From the NCBI GenBank assembly GCA_964035545.1, contig OZ037767.1, forward strand, positions 29,962,628 through 30,026,627: a stretch of 64,000 nucleotides of DNA, given 5' to 3'. Shown here one piece after another: positions 12,420 through 25,400 of this stretch. Source of the DNA: Bugula neritina (Eukaryota > Animalia > Bryozoa). Position numbers and translations under genes: made by a program. Each line of letters starts with the position of its first letter. Positions within the stretch are counted from its first letter, which is position 1. Under the pieces are notes generated by a model that saw only the letters and a list, made by a program, of their open reading frames with translations, had not been told where the DNA came from and made no database searches.

Positions 12420-14993
12420 CACAGTTGGTTTAAGGTCATTACTTTCCAGATTCAGGCACTGCTTTATGTTATATATAAACGGTTTCCAGGGGATAGCTCG
12501 AACAGTTTTTGTCTCACATTAACAAATTTTACATGAAAAGATAGCTCTTGCATTCCTCTTTCATATACTTTTTTAATTTTTCAATAAAATTTTTTTTGAA
12601 AAAGTTGTTGCATAATAAGTAAAATTTTACACCCTCCATGTTCCACTGCTGTAGCACAGGGGATTCATTTTATAAAGTATAAAAGTGAAACTTGACATTC
12701 CTTGATATGTTTTCTCTAATATACTTTCTTTGTTTTTTGAAATTCTGTTTATGCTCTTCACAATTTGGTAAAAACATACACCATTTTGCAAGTTTCACTG
12801 CAATTTTCTAAATTCTTCATATGGTGGTTCTAGCTACGCTCCTGTGACTAATTATAACATTCCTAGTACGTTTGCCGCTCTGCGCTATCACAATAACATA
12901 TAGTACCCTCTCGCACAAATTGGCAGTCTATTGGATTTCTGCCAATATAATGTTCCCTGTTTTACATTAGCACTTAGCTGAATCATCTCACTATGTTACA
13001 ATAATATATTGAAAATGCCTCAGCACAACATAATTCTTTGTTTGTTTGGCAGAGTTAATTTCAGCTAAATCACTTCACTTTGCAGTCTTGTCAGTAAAGG
13101 TCTGTCTATAGAGCAGCAGGTGTACTTTCAGTTTCTCTAATTCACATATGATTATTTTAAGTACATTGTATTCTATAAGATCAATTTAAGGTTTAGTCCA
13201 GTGTTCAGTATCTAATTATTATGCATGTATGTTGTCTTACTGTTGAACAAAAGTTAAAAAAAACTTTACAATTATAGCCATATTTATTATACATGCGTAG
13301 GATTTGCATAAGTTGACAAAAAAAATTGCGACAAAACAGGGTTGAACCATAACCAACGAACTCCTCGCTGACGCCTCTAACCTCTAGACCACGCAGTCAT
13401 CGTTAATAATACGCGCACTATATGAGTAACTATCATTACATAAATATTTCGCGGCAAAAGGGTTATAATTATTAGGCTGTCAATTCATGTTGATAGCAGT
13501 CAACTGTTGCAATAGTCTCGGGTTACTAGCAAAGCTAATGGTTTTGAACAAATAACCCAAAAGTTTAAAAATAAGTAGCTTGCGTATTACTAGCTACAAA
13601 AACAGGTCTGAAATAGACTGGTAAAGCAAGCTCTTATTGTAGAGTTTGCAGATGTGCTCTAAAATAAAACTTAAACTGTATGGTATTACATAAGTATTTG
13701 TATGCGAGAGATAAATGGACATTACTGAGTTTCTGGAAAACAACATACTTGAAGTTAACTTTGACAATGGTGTGTTATTTTCATCATACACTAGCACAGA
13801 TAGGGCCTATAGCATAAATCTCTAATCATATGAATCTTTATGAAGCCCACAGCTCATGTAAGGGTGGCAAATGTAATTTGAAACTAAAAATTATGTTGCT
13901 GCATTTTGTCTAAGGTATATTAGAGAGCAGAATTTGGTTTTACTAGCCTGCCCCAACGGCATTCTACAATGCAGCTTATATGCTGGCAGTTGTAATAAGT
14001 ACTGCCAATAGCAAGGTTACTATCACTGCTAGCTCTGTGCAGTATGTAACCTCTTGAATAATTGCGCCAATTTTAAACTCTTGGAAGTTGGCCAAGTTAT
14101 CATATCGCAGCCAGCCACCGGAGACAAAGCATCAGAGCTATTCATATAATATTATACTGATGCACTTGGTAGCAGAGTGGCTAATCTAATATAGTTCATA
14201 GTTCAACACCCTTTACTTTGGGAATACAGCCTCTTTTTTTAGGTTTACCTTACAAAGCATGAACATATCTAAACTGATATTCTGATAATTTAGAGGTACA
14301 TTTTGAAAACTAGGTTAATTGCACTTGTTTGCACAACAACAATAATAAATTAGATATTATGCAGGATAATAAAAACACACATAATACTATATAATATATT
14401 ATAATGATAATAATATAATATTATAAGTACCATTACTGCATTTTATAAATTACATGGTTGCCAAAAAAATGTATCACAAATTTTGTAATTATACATCAAA
14501 AATAGAACTAGCTAGGCAGCAGGTTAGAATAGAGTAAATTTTTAAAACATGAAATCATGATTTGACTATTGTTTTATTTAGGCCAACCAACCTAGGAATA
14601 CAAGATTGGGTTTTAGCTGACAGTTTATAACATTTAGCTTTTGAGCCAGCAGCACTGGCACTTGTGAAGTATAGGCAAAGTTAGTGAAGCGAGACTAACA
14701 AGCACTCAAATACAAGGCATATTGAGACACAATAACAAGTCAGGAGCGTATAAATTGAAAAGAATGTGGAAGGGGGACTATGTTTTTCAACAAGCTATAA
14801 CTTAAACATGAATTGGCTTTTGAAAAAAATAAAAAAGTATATTGGAGAACATAAGTTTCTTTATCTTTTCATATTTTTTTTGTTCCTGTGACATTCAACC
14901 TGTTCGAGCTATCAGTGGAACATTGTTCATATAGAACATAAAGCACCTGGCAAAGAGCCAGAAAATGAAAAGTATGACCTTAAACCAACTGTG
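12420..14993. mobile_element. Non-autonomous DNA transposon, 2574 bp, imperfect TIRs of about 110 bp with CAC...GTG termini and a 4-bp TSD (Chapaev-like)
   Basis: Left end CACAGTTGGTTTAAGGTCAT...GCTTTATGTT...GATAGCTCGAACAG is the reverse complement of the right end CTGTTCGAGCTATC...AACATAAAGC...ATGACCTTAAACCAACTGTG. Flanks are GCTC (12416-12419) and GATC (14994-14997). No transposase ORF inside. The superfamily label is inferred from termini and TSD length only. Confidence 0.8.
13330..13398 (-). repeat. Degenerate tRNA-derived (SINE-head-like) sequence with Pol III A and B boxes
   Basis: The minus strand has A box TGGTCTAGAGG (13391-13381) and B box GGTTCAACCCT (13348-13338), 32 nt apart. 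The stems are too degenerate for a functional tRNA. Confidence 0.5.
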
Positions 14994-14997
14994 GATC

Positions 14998-15338
14998 CTC
15001 TCAGTCTCCCCTTGCCACTCTCCACTACTGCGTGTGGCCATAGACAGGTTACCTATCAGATGGCCAACGCCTGGAACTCCCTCCCAAAACATCTGAGGGA
15101 GATACGAAGTAGGAGTGAGTTTGCGGTGGCCTTGAAGCAGTTCCTGCTTGACTCACTGATTTAGGGTCTGCGTCATGCGGGCTCTGCTGGCTGCTACCTC
15201 TGGGTCCAGCACCTCGACTAGCTTCGCTATTGTGCATATGGACCCTCATCACTGATTTTTTTCTGTTTTTCAACCTATGACATAAACTACTATTTTGATG
15301 AAAATACAAACAAACAAACAAACAAACAAACAAACAAC
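14998..15338 (+). mobile_element. 3' end of the same L2/CR1-type LINE: ORF2 C-terminus, 3' UTR stem-loop and (AAAC)n tail
   Basis: LSLPLPLSTTACGHRQVTYQMANAWNSLPKHLREIRSRSEFAVALKQFLL, then stop at 15162-15164 (WNxLP motif). GGGTCCA...TGGACCC hairpin near 15202-15245. Tandem AAAC tail at 15306-15338. Confidence 0.85.
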
Positions 15339-16346
15339 GCTGTAAATGATCTTACAAAACTAGGATTTACTCATAATGTGCAGTAAGAGACTAAGTTTTA
15401 ATATGGCAGATATTTCCTTGTTGATTAATTTCCGCTGTTAAACCATATCTCATTTTATGTCCATCAGTTTTCATACGATTGCAGTGAGGAATTGGATTAT
15501 TGGTTTCTTTCTCATTCTGAACATATAATGAATTTAAGGGGGGATAATGCATATCAAATTGATGGTTGCTTCAGTTTAGCTATATTTTTATAAGCACTAT
15601 GCAATATAGTACTGTAAATAATAGGTAGCCTACATGTGGAATAAAATATTCATATGGATAGACACTACGTAATTCAATTTTGCGTTTACCAATAATTGTG
15701 CTACTAATGTTATAGCACACCACCGATATTACATGTTTTATTCAATTTACTTAGCTAATAGCAGCGTGTATATAGCTTATATTATATATAATTATAACTG
15801 TTACAAATAGAGATACAATAATTTATGGAGTAGTGAAGTTGGCGCAATGCCAGCTGATGACTACTAATTAGTATAGCATTACCTGCCTGATCCCTCACTG
15901 ACGTTGATTATTATTGCTACAAGCAGTGTGCTAACTGCACAAATATTTATATTTTAAAAATAAATAATCTAAGGTTGGTGTATCAGCAGGTAAAATTCTT
16001 TGTTGATCCTTCAAATTATATATTGGTACCCAAATGCCCGTTTCCCAAATTGCATAGCTCAAATACCATTTGTGATAAGAACTTGGAGTGACGTGGGGAA
16101 GTTTTCAAAATACAAACATTGCAACATACATGTATTACACATCGAATATTCCACTGTATGCTACTTTTCCTGAAGCAGTTTTCTCCCCTTCTATAAGTTT
16201 ACTATTTGCTTGAAACAATAATTATGACGTTAGTAAGTGCAACATTGTGATGATTGAAAAGGGAGTTTAATTAGTCTAACTATAGAGCCTTATAGCATAG
16301 CAGTATAGCAGTATAGGGAATTTGATCAGTCTAACCTCTGAAACCC

Positions 16347-16380
16347 TATAAAACAGCTGTGAGTAGTAGTCTTCATTATT
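16347..16380 (+). promoter_or_regulatory. TATA box plus initiator-like core promoter of the secreted-protein gene
   Basis: TATAAAA at 16347-16353 and TCATTAT about 28 nt downstream. A donor AG/GTAAGA at 16456/16457 and an acceptor at 16869 define a non-coding first exon. Confidence 0.55.
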
Positions 16381-16982
16381 TGCTGACCACTGCTGGTGTT
16401 ATCCTCATAGAGTATTCACATTTCCTTCCTCTGGAATTTCATTCACAAGAAAAAAGGTAAGAGTTTAATAGTTATTATTTCTCTTATTCGTTCTGTTTTC
16501 TTTAAAGCTTATGTTTAAAATACAAGAAGAAATATAAAATATTTAGAATTCTTTTTGTTAGGAGGGAAACTTTGGTTTTTCAAATTTGTTTGTTTACACT
16601 GTATTAAAATTTTTGTGATTAGAAACCAATGCATTATCAGATAGAAAGATTATATTAACATTCCCTGTTTATATAACCAATGCAGTTTTGACTCCAGCTA
16701 TATTTATAGTTCCGGTTATGAAAAGGGTGATCAATCATTGGTGGACTGGAACATTACACATTAATCATATGGCTTGGTGTCTAGCGGTTCATTCATACAA
16801 TCTGTCTGTAAGGGATAAGACAGGGATCAGGCAAAACTGAGCATTTTATTGCATGTTTTTTCTATGCAGGATTAAAGCATTGACGAGGAGGATTTACTAC
16901 CTGATGAGAAAATTTTTCAAACTATAAAGAAGCTGGGTCTATTTCTGCAACAGGATAACTTTTATTAAAATAGAATTTCAAG

Positions 16983-19900
16983 ATGAATTTACTCAACTTG
17001 TGTGTATTTACAATCTTATGGGTAATGGTGGACAGTGCTGCTTTAAACTCTATATTAAAAAGCTCTAGTCGAAAAAACTTACCGAGGAATAAAAGGGGAA
17101 TACAAAGCGCAAGCCCTGCTTTCCTTGACAGATATAGCGCCTATTTACTAGCAAATGGTCTCGTGGAGGTACGTAGAAATGCATTACGTTGATAGTAATT
17201 TAGTCAGCAAAGTGGTCACCATAGTTACCACTTCTAACAATAAGCAGCTAACAACTCTTACTTCAACTTTTGGCGATTTCAGTTTATTAGGCGACTAAAT
17301 ATAATAGCTAGTTATTGGAAATTAAAAAACCCATTTATTAGCTAATATTTTCTATGGCTTGCATGAGCATTTTTAATATAGACGGTTTTACTAAAGTTTT
17401 TGTCAGAAGAAGAATGAATGAATGCTCTTAGAAATTTCTGTAACAATTTGGTTTTCTTAAGATTATTTCTGTAAAAAATAAGCATTAAGAAAAAATTGCA
17501 CACAGGATTAACTACTTTTAAAAATTCTTTTTCAGCCTTGATTAATTTCACTGATAAATGTTTTTTAGTTTGCTTCTAATGCTTGTAGCTATAAATTATG
17601 AAAAGGAAAAGGAATTTTAAATAGGGGCATTACAAGTAATATTTGTCCAAATTAGCATTTTTAATGTAACATTTTAACGTAACTGCATACGTTAGCTTGT
17701 CTCTGCTACATAAAATACATCCGATACATAATTTATAAATGACTATGACTAAAGCTTATGGTGGAAGATCGCATCTCTGGTAAATAATAAATGGAGGATT
17801 TTAGAATATTATCATAATAACATCAGTAGCTGCATAGTTTATTCTTTAGTAGCATAAAGTCAAATTATTGTGTAGAAGCTCAAGCTACTATATATTAAAA
17901 GGCGTTATTCTTTCATTGCTATATAATTCATTGCTCATACCACTTACCAGTACAAATGTATGGTAGCCCCTAACAGATAAAGTATCACAATGCTGTCTGT
18001 ATGTCTGTATGTCTGTCTGTATGTCTGTGTGTGTCTGTGTGTGTGTCTGTATATGGATTCTTCAGGTAATAAAGTAATACTAGCTAATGAGTAGCTATTT
18101 TCATATCAACTGTCTGTCAGACAAGACACTTTCACGAGTCTGTTGAATTAAATCCCAATGGCTGTTCAAACAATTTAAAAATTCAGATATCCAGCTTAAT
18201 GCATTATTAAGGCCACAGTAACAACTTGCTTTGATATGTCAACTCTAGGGATATCATATGGGGGTCTCATGCATGCATAGGAGTTAACTTGAAACCTTTC
18301 AACAAGTTGTGTTTTACTTAGTAATTCACCTCTGCAAACTACATTATTGTCTATTTTTTATAGCTTATTTTGAAAATAGTTTCGGTTGTAAGGTAGTATA
18401 AATAAGAATATTATAACACGTAATATAATACACAGCAAATAGCAGAGTAACGTTGAGTTAAAGGTTATATTTGAAATCTCATTGGTTACAGCAGTTTAAG
18501 AGGTTTATTGTTATACTGTAGAGAATTATTAGATGCGTTTTTATGTAAACACGTGGTATTTCTGGACTATTTTATTGTGGTGGCAACTGCGTCTATTCTC
18601 TCTCCAATTTATTCACAAACACTGAATAAACAACATATAAATTTTGTTATAATGCAATGTGTCAGTAAAAGTACGCTTGCTTTGCATTTGTCAAATTCCT
18701 GTTTTTGTAACTGAATTATTGGCTTAAACTTATTAAACTTCAAAATTATTAATTGGATTAATTTAGATAATCAAATCAATTGATTAATATACATTAAAGC
18801 TGCAGAATTGACGATTTAGTTTCATTGCAATTCATCATAAATATTTTAGCAGCTATTATTTAGCTATGGTCAATCTACTCAAGAATTGACTGTTGAATAA
18901 AGTTATTCAATAATTTGGCATTAGCTCAATAGTTCAATTATTGGACAAATGGCGAGGAAATTATATAAGTTAGTTTTAGCATAATAACAAACATGAATAA
19001 TGATTAGAATATTGAACAAGAAATAGTATGCAATTGTGTTATAATTTGTAGTAAATTATAATTTTTTATATTTTCAGCTGAACCGAGAGCTAAACTTTGT
19101 ACGAAATACCGAAACCCCACCTTTTCAAAGGTCACTAAATTCTTATTTCAATGTAAGTATAATGTATCTTTTATATAAATTTCTCTGATGTTTTTGTTGT
19201 TTGGTAAAAAATATTGAGCAGTGGACTAAATTTATTATTTCTTAGTTTGAAAAATTATTAGCATTTTTCAAAGACTAAGCAATGCAGTCATGATTATTTA
19301 TAACACATGAGAAAATTTTTTCTCAGTTAAATTAAATCTCTGCAATTGAAAAACAGTTTGATGTAAATTAATATGAATTAAAATAATGCCAGGATAACCA
19401 AGAAATTCAACTATTCCTTTATTTACTGTATTTCTATATACTCAGTGCGAGTAGTAGAGGTAGATTACTCACGTATGGGAGAACACCACGGTGTAAGCTT
19501 CCCAATGAAATAAACTTAGCCGGTTTCTTTTAATTGTTCTTTTATTTCACTTAAGACTTCTAAGTGCAAAGCCACACAGTCTATGTATTATAATCTAAGA
19601 TTATCTCGCACCAGCCCCAGCTACAGGCAACTGCTAGTCAGATTACCAAACTGCTTGGGGTAATGGAGCAGAACCCCTCGTAGGTACTACCAACTTGCTG
19701 GCAGATATTACCCTCTTCCAAGTAGTAACTGATATTTCATACTTTTTTCTCAAAACACAGATTAATAATTGATGGTAGAGTATATGTCTTAAAGATTTTA
19801 TCTCAAGTCATTACATGGCTTATTAAACCAGATATGAAGTTTGTCAAACACCGTCATGTTCGTTTAGTTCTGATTCTATATAAAATAGCCCTAGTTACAC

Positions 19901-22420
19901 CAGGGGAGGGAAGGAAGGGAGGGAGGCTAGCGATGCTTCCCTGCTTTACTTTTCACACTATGATCAATTCTGAATGAATTTATGGAATTAATGCAAAATA
20001 TTATTAATAAATTATTCTCATAATTTTGCTAATAATCTTACATATGAGCCCAGAGTGTTAATATAAGCTAACTGAAATGGTAACGAAAAGATGTCAATTA
20101 TTATATTATTCTTTGTTTAGCTACATCTCCGCCCTTTGCACCTTTGTAAAATAATGTTGATACATATCTGAGTGTTGACTGAAAAAAGTTGTGACTAAAA
20201 ATTCTGAATTAAAGCAGCTGTCCAGGGTGTGTCTAACAGACATATGACCATTTGACTTTCAAATACAATAATAATATTTATTTATGACTATTGATATTCA
20301 AATTGTGAGTCATTTGATATATTATACGAAATATGTCAGGTCTCAATATTTTAAAAATAATATGAGAAAGCTTTGTAAGTATTCCCGGTCAGAAAATAGC
20401 ATTCCAATGACATTTTCTTGACTAGATTTCATTAAAATTGAATTATTGTGAACTCAAAAAGAGATTGAACTGTTCTTAAAGCTGGTATTGAAGACTCGAC
20501 TCGAAAGAATGTATAAAACAAACATCTAAAAATAGTTTATATAAAACTGCATTGCTAAAAATATATAATTTATCTGGGGGTGTCAAGTCAAATGAGTTTT
20601 TGATGATTTTTAAAAGGAAAGATAGATTAATGGACTTGTAGGTCTAGACAAGTGGGGTGAAATGTTTGTAACTGTGGACAGTGGGTGGAATAATTCTAAC
20701 AGCTACAATTAGTTTATAAATGTTTTATCTAAACAGTACATAAAACAATTTCTAACAATATTTATAAAAAATACAATTTTCTGGCTAGAATTTAGTTAAA
20801 CAGCCTATGGCCCTCACAAATGATAACTAGTGCTAAGGGGGCTACACTGATAAGCCCAGTATTGTAATAATATGTTTGCTTTGGAATCAAAGCGAACACA
20901 AGAATATAAAGTTATTTTTTATTGTGTCAAGAATATTGGTTTTGATACATATTGATTTGAAAATCTTGCAAGAAAATTGTTACAAGAACACTAGAACAGA
21001 GATAGTCGCTTATGAAATCTCAGAACTTCAATCTGTTTAGTCAAGCCAGCAATATTCTAATAGATTTGCAAAGTCATTGGTTTTTATTATAAAATAACAA
21101 CTTTGCTTGTTTCAGACTGGACCTCTAAATGTATATCTAACTATTAGAGGGAACTCTAGTATTGTGAATGCTACGGCAGCACTTGAGCCAGACATGTCTG
21201 CTTATGATGTAATTAAGGCAGCAGAGTTGGATTATTCTTTTAGACACCCAAGTCTTAGCAACCCCTTTAGGTAAGTATTATACTTACTTACTTACTGTTT
21301 GCTCACTTACTTACTTAATCACTTACTTATTTATTCTAAAACACAGTGACCAAATATTTTTAGAAGTACAATGCTATACTTCATCAACCATTGCCGGAGG
21401 TTTCTATTAGCTATGCACAAATCATTGAAATAAGTTTATAGCTTTTGTAATATCCTAATTTTTGAATGAGTGCCAAGTAATATGTGTTTTAATTAACCAA
21501 TATTGTCTGCTTCTTTCCACAGTGCCTCTTTGAGAGTATCTAATGTTGACGGCCAGCGTTGTGCGACTATAAGGCAGCTAGGAGATGAGAGTGGAATATG
21601 GAACGTTGAGATTATAGACCAAAATGAAGAGGTATTATTCTACATATAGTTATGTAACCAGCATTTAGGATAAAAAGTATCAACTATTTCAGTGAGAGAC
21701 AGAATTGTTGTGTAAGAAACTCAAAAATTTGAAGCTTAACTGAAATATTTTGCATAGAAGAAAGGAATTAAGTGGAAACGGAGTGTTATTTACTCGTAGT
21801 TGTAGGTGTGATTATAAAAAGACTAACTAGACTAAGAGACTAATCAATTATAAGATGTGAGGCCTGAGTAAAGTGACACTGAATCTAGGAACTGTTTGTA
21901 GAGAATTTTTGAGGATTTCTGTCACATATTCTGCCATCTGACACCCCCATGACACCCCTTTGACACCAACTATTCTAGGGCTCTGAAATATAGGCAGCTG
22001 TAATAGCTTAGCAATTTACTTGGTATTAAAATTTCAAAACACAACTCACAACACCGCAATCTTTGTGGGAATGATAGGCATTAAGTTATGACAAGAGGGT
22101 AATTTCTAGTTTACTTCTTAAAAAATGACACATTCAATGCCTGAATGGATAAAAGAAGGATTAAATATCCGTATTTTTAATAAAAATGACAATAAAGTTA
22201 CAGGTGTGGAAAGGTTTATATAGCTTATTACAAATTAATAACTGTGAACTTTCGTATGTGAAAAAAGATTTCTGGAACAGTTGTGGAGTTGAGAAATGTT
22301 TATGTTGTTAACCTGCCTGTGTTTGTATTGCAGACTAAACACAATAGCCTGTGCATCCCTAGGCGGTACCACCTGCCTATGAGGGCTGGATATCACATGA
22401 CTATTTCGAGAGTATTGTGA
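16983..22420 (+). CDS. Uncharacterised 203-aa secreted protein (signal peptide, RNKR furin site, possible beta-grasp/transcobalamin-like C-terminal domain); exons 16983-17168, 19078-19152, 21116-21270, 21523-21631, 22334-22420
   Basis: Five GT-AG exons join in phase (0,0,2,0) without stops: MNLLNLCVFTILWVMVDSA...RNKR/GIQSASPAFLDRYSAYLLANGLVELNRELNFVR...GPLNVYLTIRGNSSIVNATAALEPDMSAYDVIKAAE...NPFSASLRVSNVDGQRCATIRQLGDESGIWNVEII...CIPRRYHLPMRAGYHMTISRVL. The domain call is inference. Confidence 0.82.
17992..18050. repeat. (TGTC/TGTA)n microsatellite
   Basis: Read directly. Confidence 0.85.
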
Positions 22421-25400
22421 ACAGCTGCTGCTGCTGTTACAATAGCGGATGGCAGGGTGGTGATGCAAACAGCCACATAGCCTTTCAATTCACACAGCAG
22501 TATTACAGTCAATCAGCAACCATTACGTCACCATTTACTTTCATCTATTGTAACGAAAGGTCAATCAAACCTGTGCTGATCAACTTAGGGCGGGGCTAAC
22601 TTGTCGAACCGACTGTTTCAAAAGGCCGTTGGTTAGACTAAACTGTTTGAACAGACAACTCTTTGTATATACATACTATTTATTTGATAAGTATTGTTAG
22701 TCTTTTCACATAATCATTATAATTATGTGCATACTATCACGAACTCTCTGTAATCACACAATCTCTACATTTAACTGATAATTGTGTTTATTTATTATTG
22801 TTATTTTCCTTGTTTATGATATATTTATTTTGTTACTGTATACCAGTTAAGTAGTTGATTACTATTTCTCAAAGGTGTTGCTTTCAATAAATCAGATTTA
22901 TGGAAGATTAGATCTTTTTAATTTATTGTAAAATTATACTCATTATTATGGTCATAGAACATTCTTGGGCTCATTTAGATGTTTGCAAACCAGTGAACCC
23001 CTTTTCTAATTTTAATAAATATTTCTGAGATTTAATTAAGTCCAGACTTTTGTGGTAGCCTCAGATTTTCACCCTTGTCAAAGATGACCAGATCTGGTGC
23101 ATAAACTAATTAGTCTGGGAGATTGGAAAGTGTCACAACTCTGCAATTTCCTGTCTAAATTAGATTAGATTGAATTATATACTCTCTACAAAGACTCTAT
23201 CGCAAAGAATAATGTTAAATCACCTGCTTGAATTCAAATGTGGCATGACTAGCAGTTAAAATACCATATATATTTTAGCTTTAGTTCTACCATGCATAGG
23301 CAGGTGTGATGCTTTGTTAGCTTTCAAATTGTTTACTAGCTAAATATTAATCTATTACCATCAACAGTATTTGTAAACATCAAAAGATAAACAAAATATG
23401 ATAATGATTTATTAGCTCACTCATCTGAAAACAGCCGGCACATGTAACAGACAGACTTCTAAGTTGTCCAGAAATAAACAAATAAAATGGACCACATCTT
23501 ACTGGTTTTCTGTTCAGGAAAAAGCTTTGCTTTAAAATTTAAAATCAAATTCAAAAGCTCAAATTAGGTTAAAGTTCACATTTTTGCACTGAAGATACTT
23601 GGTTTGCTTTAAACCATGTTCAACTGTGTTAAAAGAGTTCTAGTCAAAATGAGTTGAACTTCAACAGTAAAACTGCCTTAGTTAGAGACAGTAAAATAGT
23701 CTTTTATGGGCAAAAACTTTAAATCCAATATTTTTTGTCACACATAACTTTTTTCACAAAACTTGATGTTACATAATGCTGTTATAGAGCATCATACACA
23801 CCCATCACACACAAGAAGGAATATTAAGAAAATATCTAATTTTAGAATTTATTTTATATGAATGCTTGCTGAGAACATTTTTTCATTGCTGCATCATTAC
23901 AAATCATCTCAATTTTTATGCTGCCTAAATCTGTGTGAAACTGCCCTGTTTAAGTGCAGTGTATAGGGTGTACACATAGTATAGGGTGTACTCACCCCTG
24001 TTGGGAGGAGCTATGTCTATGGGTGGGCACTGAATACAATCTTTAATTGTTTTATTTATACTTTACACACTACACATGTGTGACACATGTCACAGCTGCT
24101 ACACATATGACATGTGTGACACGTGTGACATGTGTAGCAGGTAACCTGAGCCTAAACTATATATACAGGGTGTGTAGCCGTTATAAGTTCATGTCAAGGT
24201 CAATACATAGTTAGGGCGGCACAGTCTCGGGAAGTTTAAATACCACCAAGTAGTTTCTGTTCCCATACTCTGCTTGAGTATCATGACTTAGGGCGGGCGT
24301 AAGAACTCTGAGAAAGTTTTAGCTTGTTACTGTAAATATACTGAGAATAATAGCAACAGTTAACGTCATCACTTCTTTTTTGCAAATATTATATATTTCT
24401 ACCTACTAGCTTCATTAGAATCATATTGGCATTTTATATAAGATTTGATGTCATAAAATATACTATATCATATAGCAAATATCTACAAGTTTTCTAAGTT
24501 AAACAAATTTTGCCACATTTAAGAGCCATGCATTTTTCGTCAGCTGCAGGGGCACTTTAGCCAGAGTCTCTTTATATAACTGAAAAGCAGCGGAAGCTGT
24601 AATTGGATTTGGCCATGAATTATTTAATAGCAGTATTTGATGAAGCACCACCAGCTGTAAGGCTGGGAAGGTAAGAGATAGATTTATCAATGAGTAGCCA
24701 TATAACTGTCAAATAATAGCTGCATAAATAGTCCGGCAATTACCATTTAGATGTGTAATCTTGCTCTACATCCTTGTAGGTCTACAGTGGAAATCCTTTT
24801 GAATTGGTAATAATAGAACATAAATATAACTTTAACTTCAATATGCTACCATATATTCCAAAATATGTAATCAGTGGTCTCAAAGGGCCATTTAAGCCAC
24901 AATAAATTGCCATGTTTATGTAATTTATCTAATTTATTATCCTGTTATTGTATGTGTGCATGTACTTCAACAAAGAATTGGACTGCAAGTTATAAGAGGA
25001 GTGTCCCTAACTTCCACATCAGCATGGCTGAGGCTCAGAATGATGTCATTGCAATGTATATATAAACTGTATGTTAGTTAAGGGTTGCCATGTGATGAAA
25101 GTTGTAATATCAGTTTGTAGGCCTGAATTCGTATTATAGTTTCTTCTTGATACAGCTAGATAGTCCAACCGTTTGACGTTTGAAACGTTGAAACCAGAAT
25201 GATGATGAAATGTGCCCTGAGAATGATTCCAATACAATTAAGTAAAATACTTTAGGGTTGAAGATGAAAAAGAGACAAATTGCTGTGGCTATAATTTCTA
25301 CAGCCATGCTGCAAAAACCTAATTGGTTCTAATTGATTATAATTTACATTTTAAAATGTTTTTCTAAGCACATTATTAGACCAGTGCTGCAACAGCAACT

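Noticed and set aside
14165-14215. Weak A/B-box-like motifs (also near 16770)
   Set aside because: Too degenerate and wrongly spaced to call a tRNA or SINE.
24060-24140. Short CACATGTG-rich inverted repeats
   Set aside because: Low-complexity purine-pyrimidine alternation produces such palindromes easily, and there is no supporting context.
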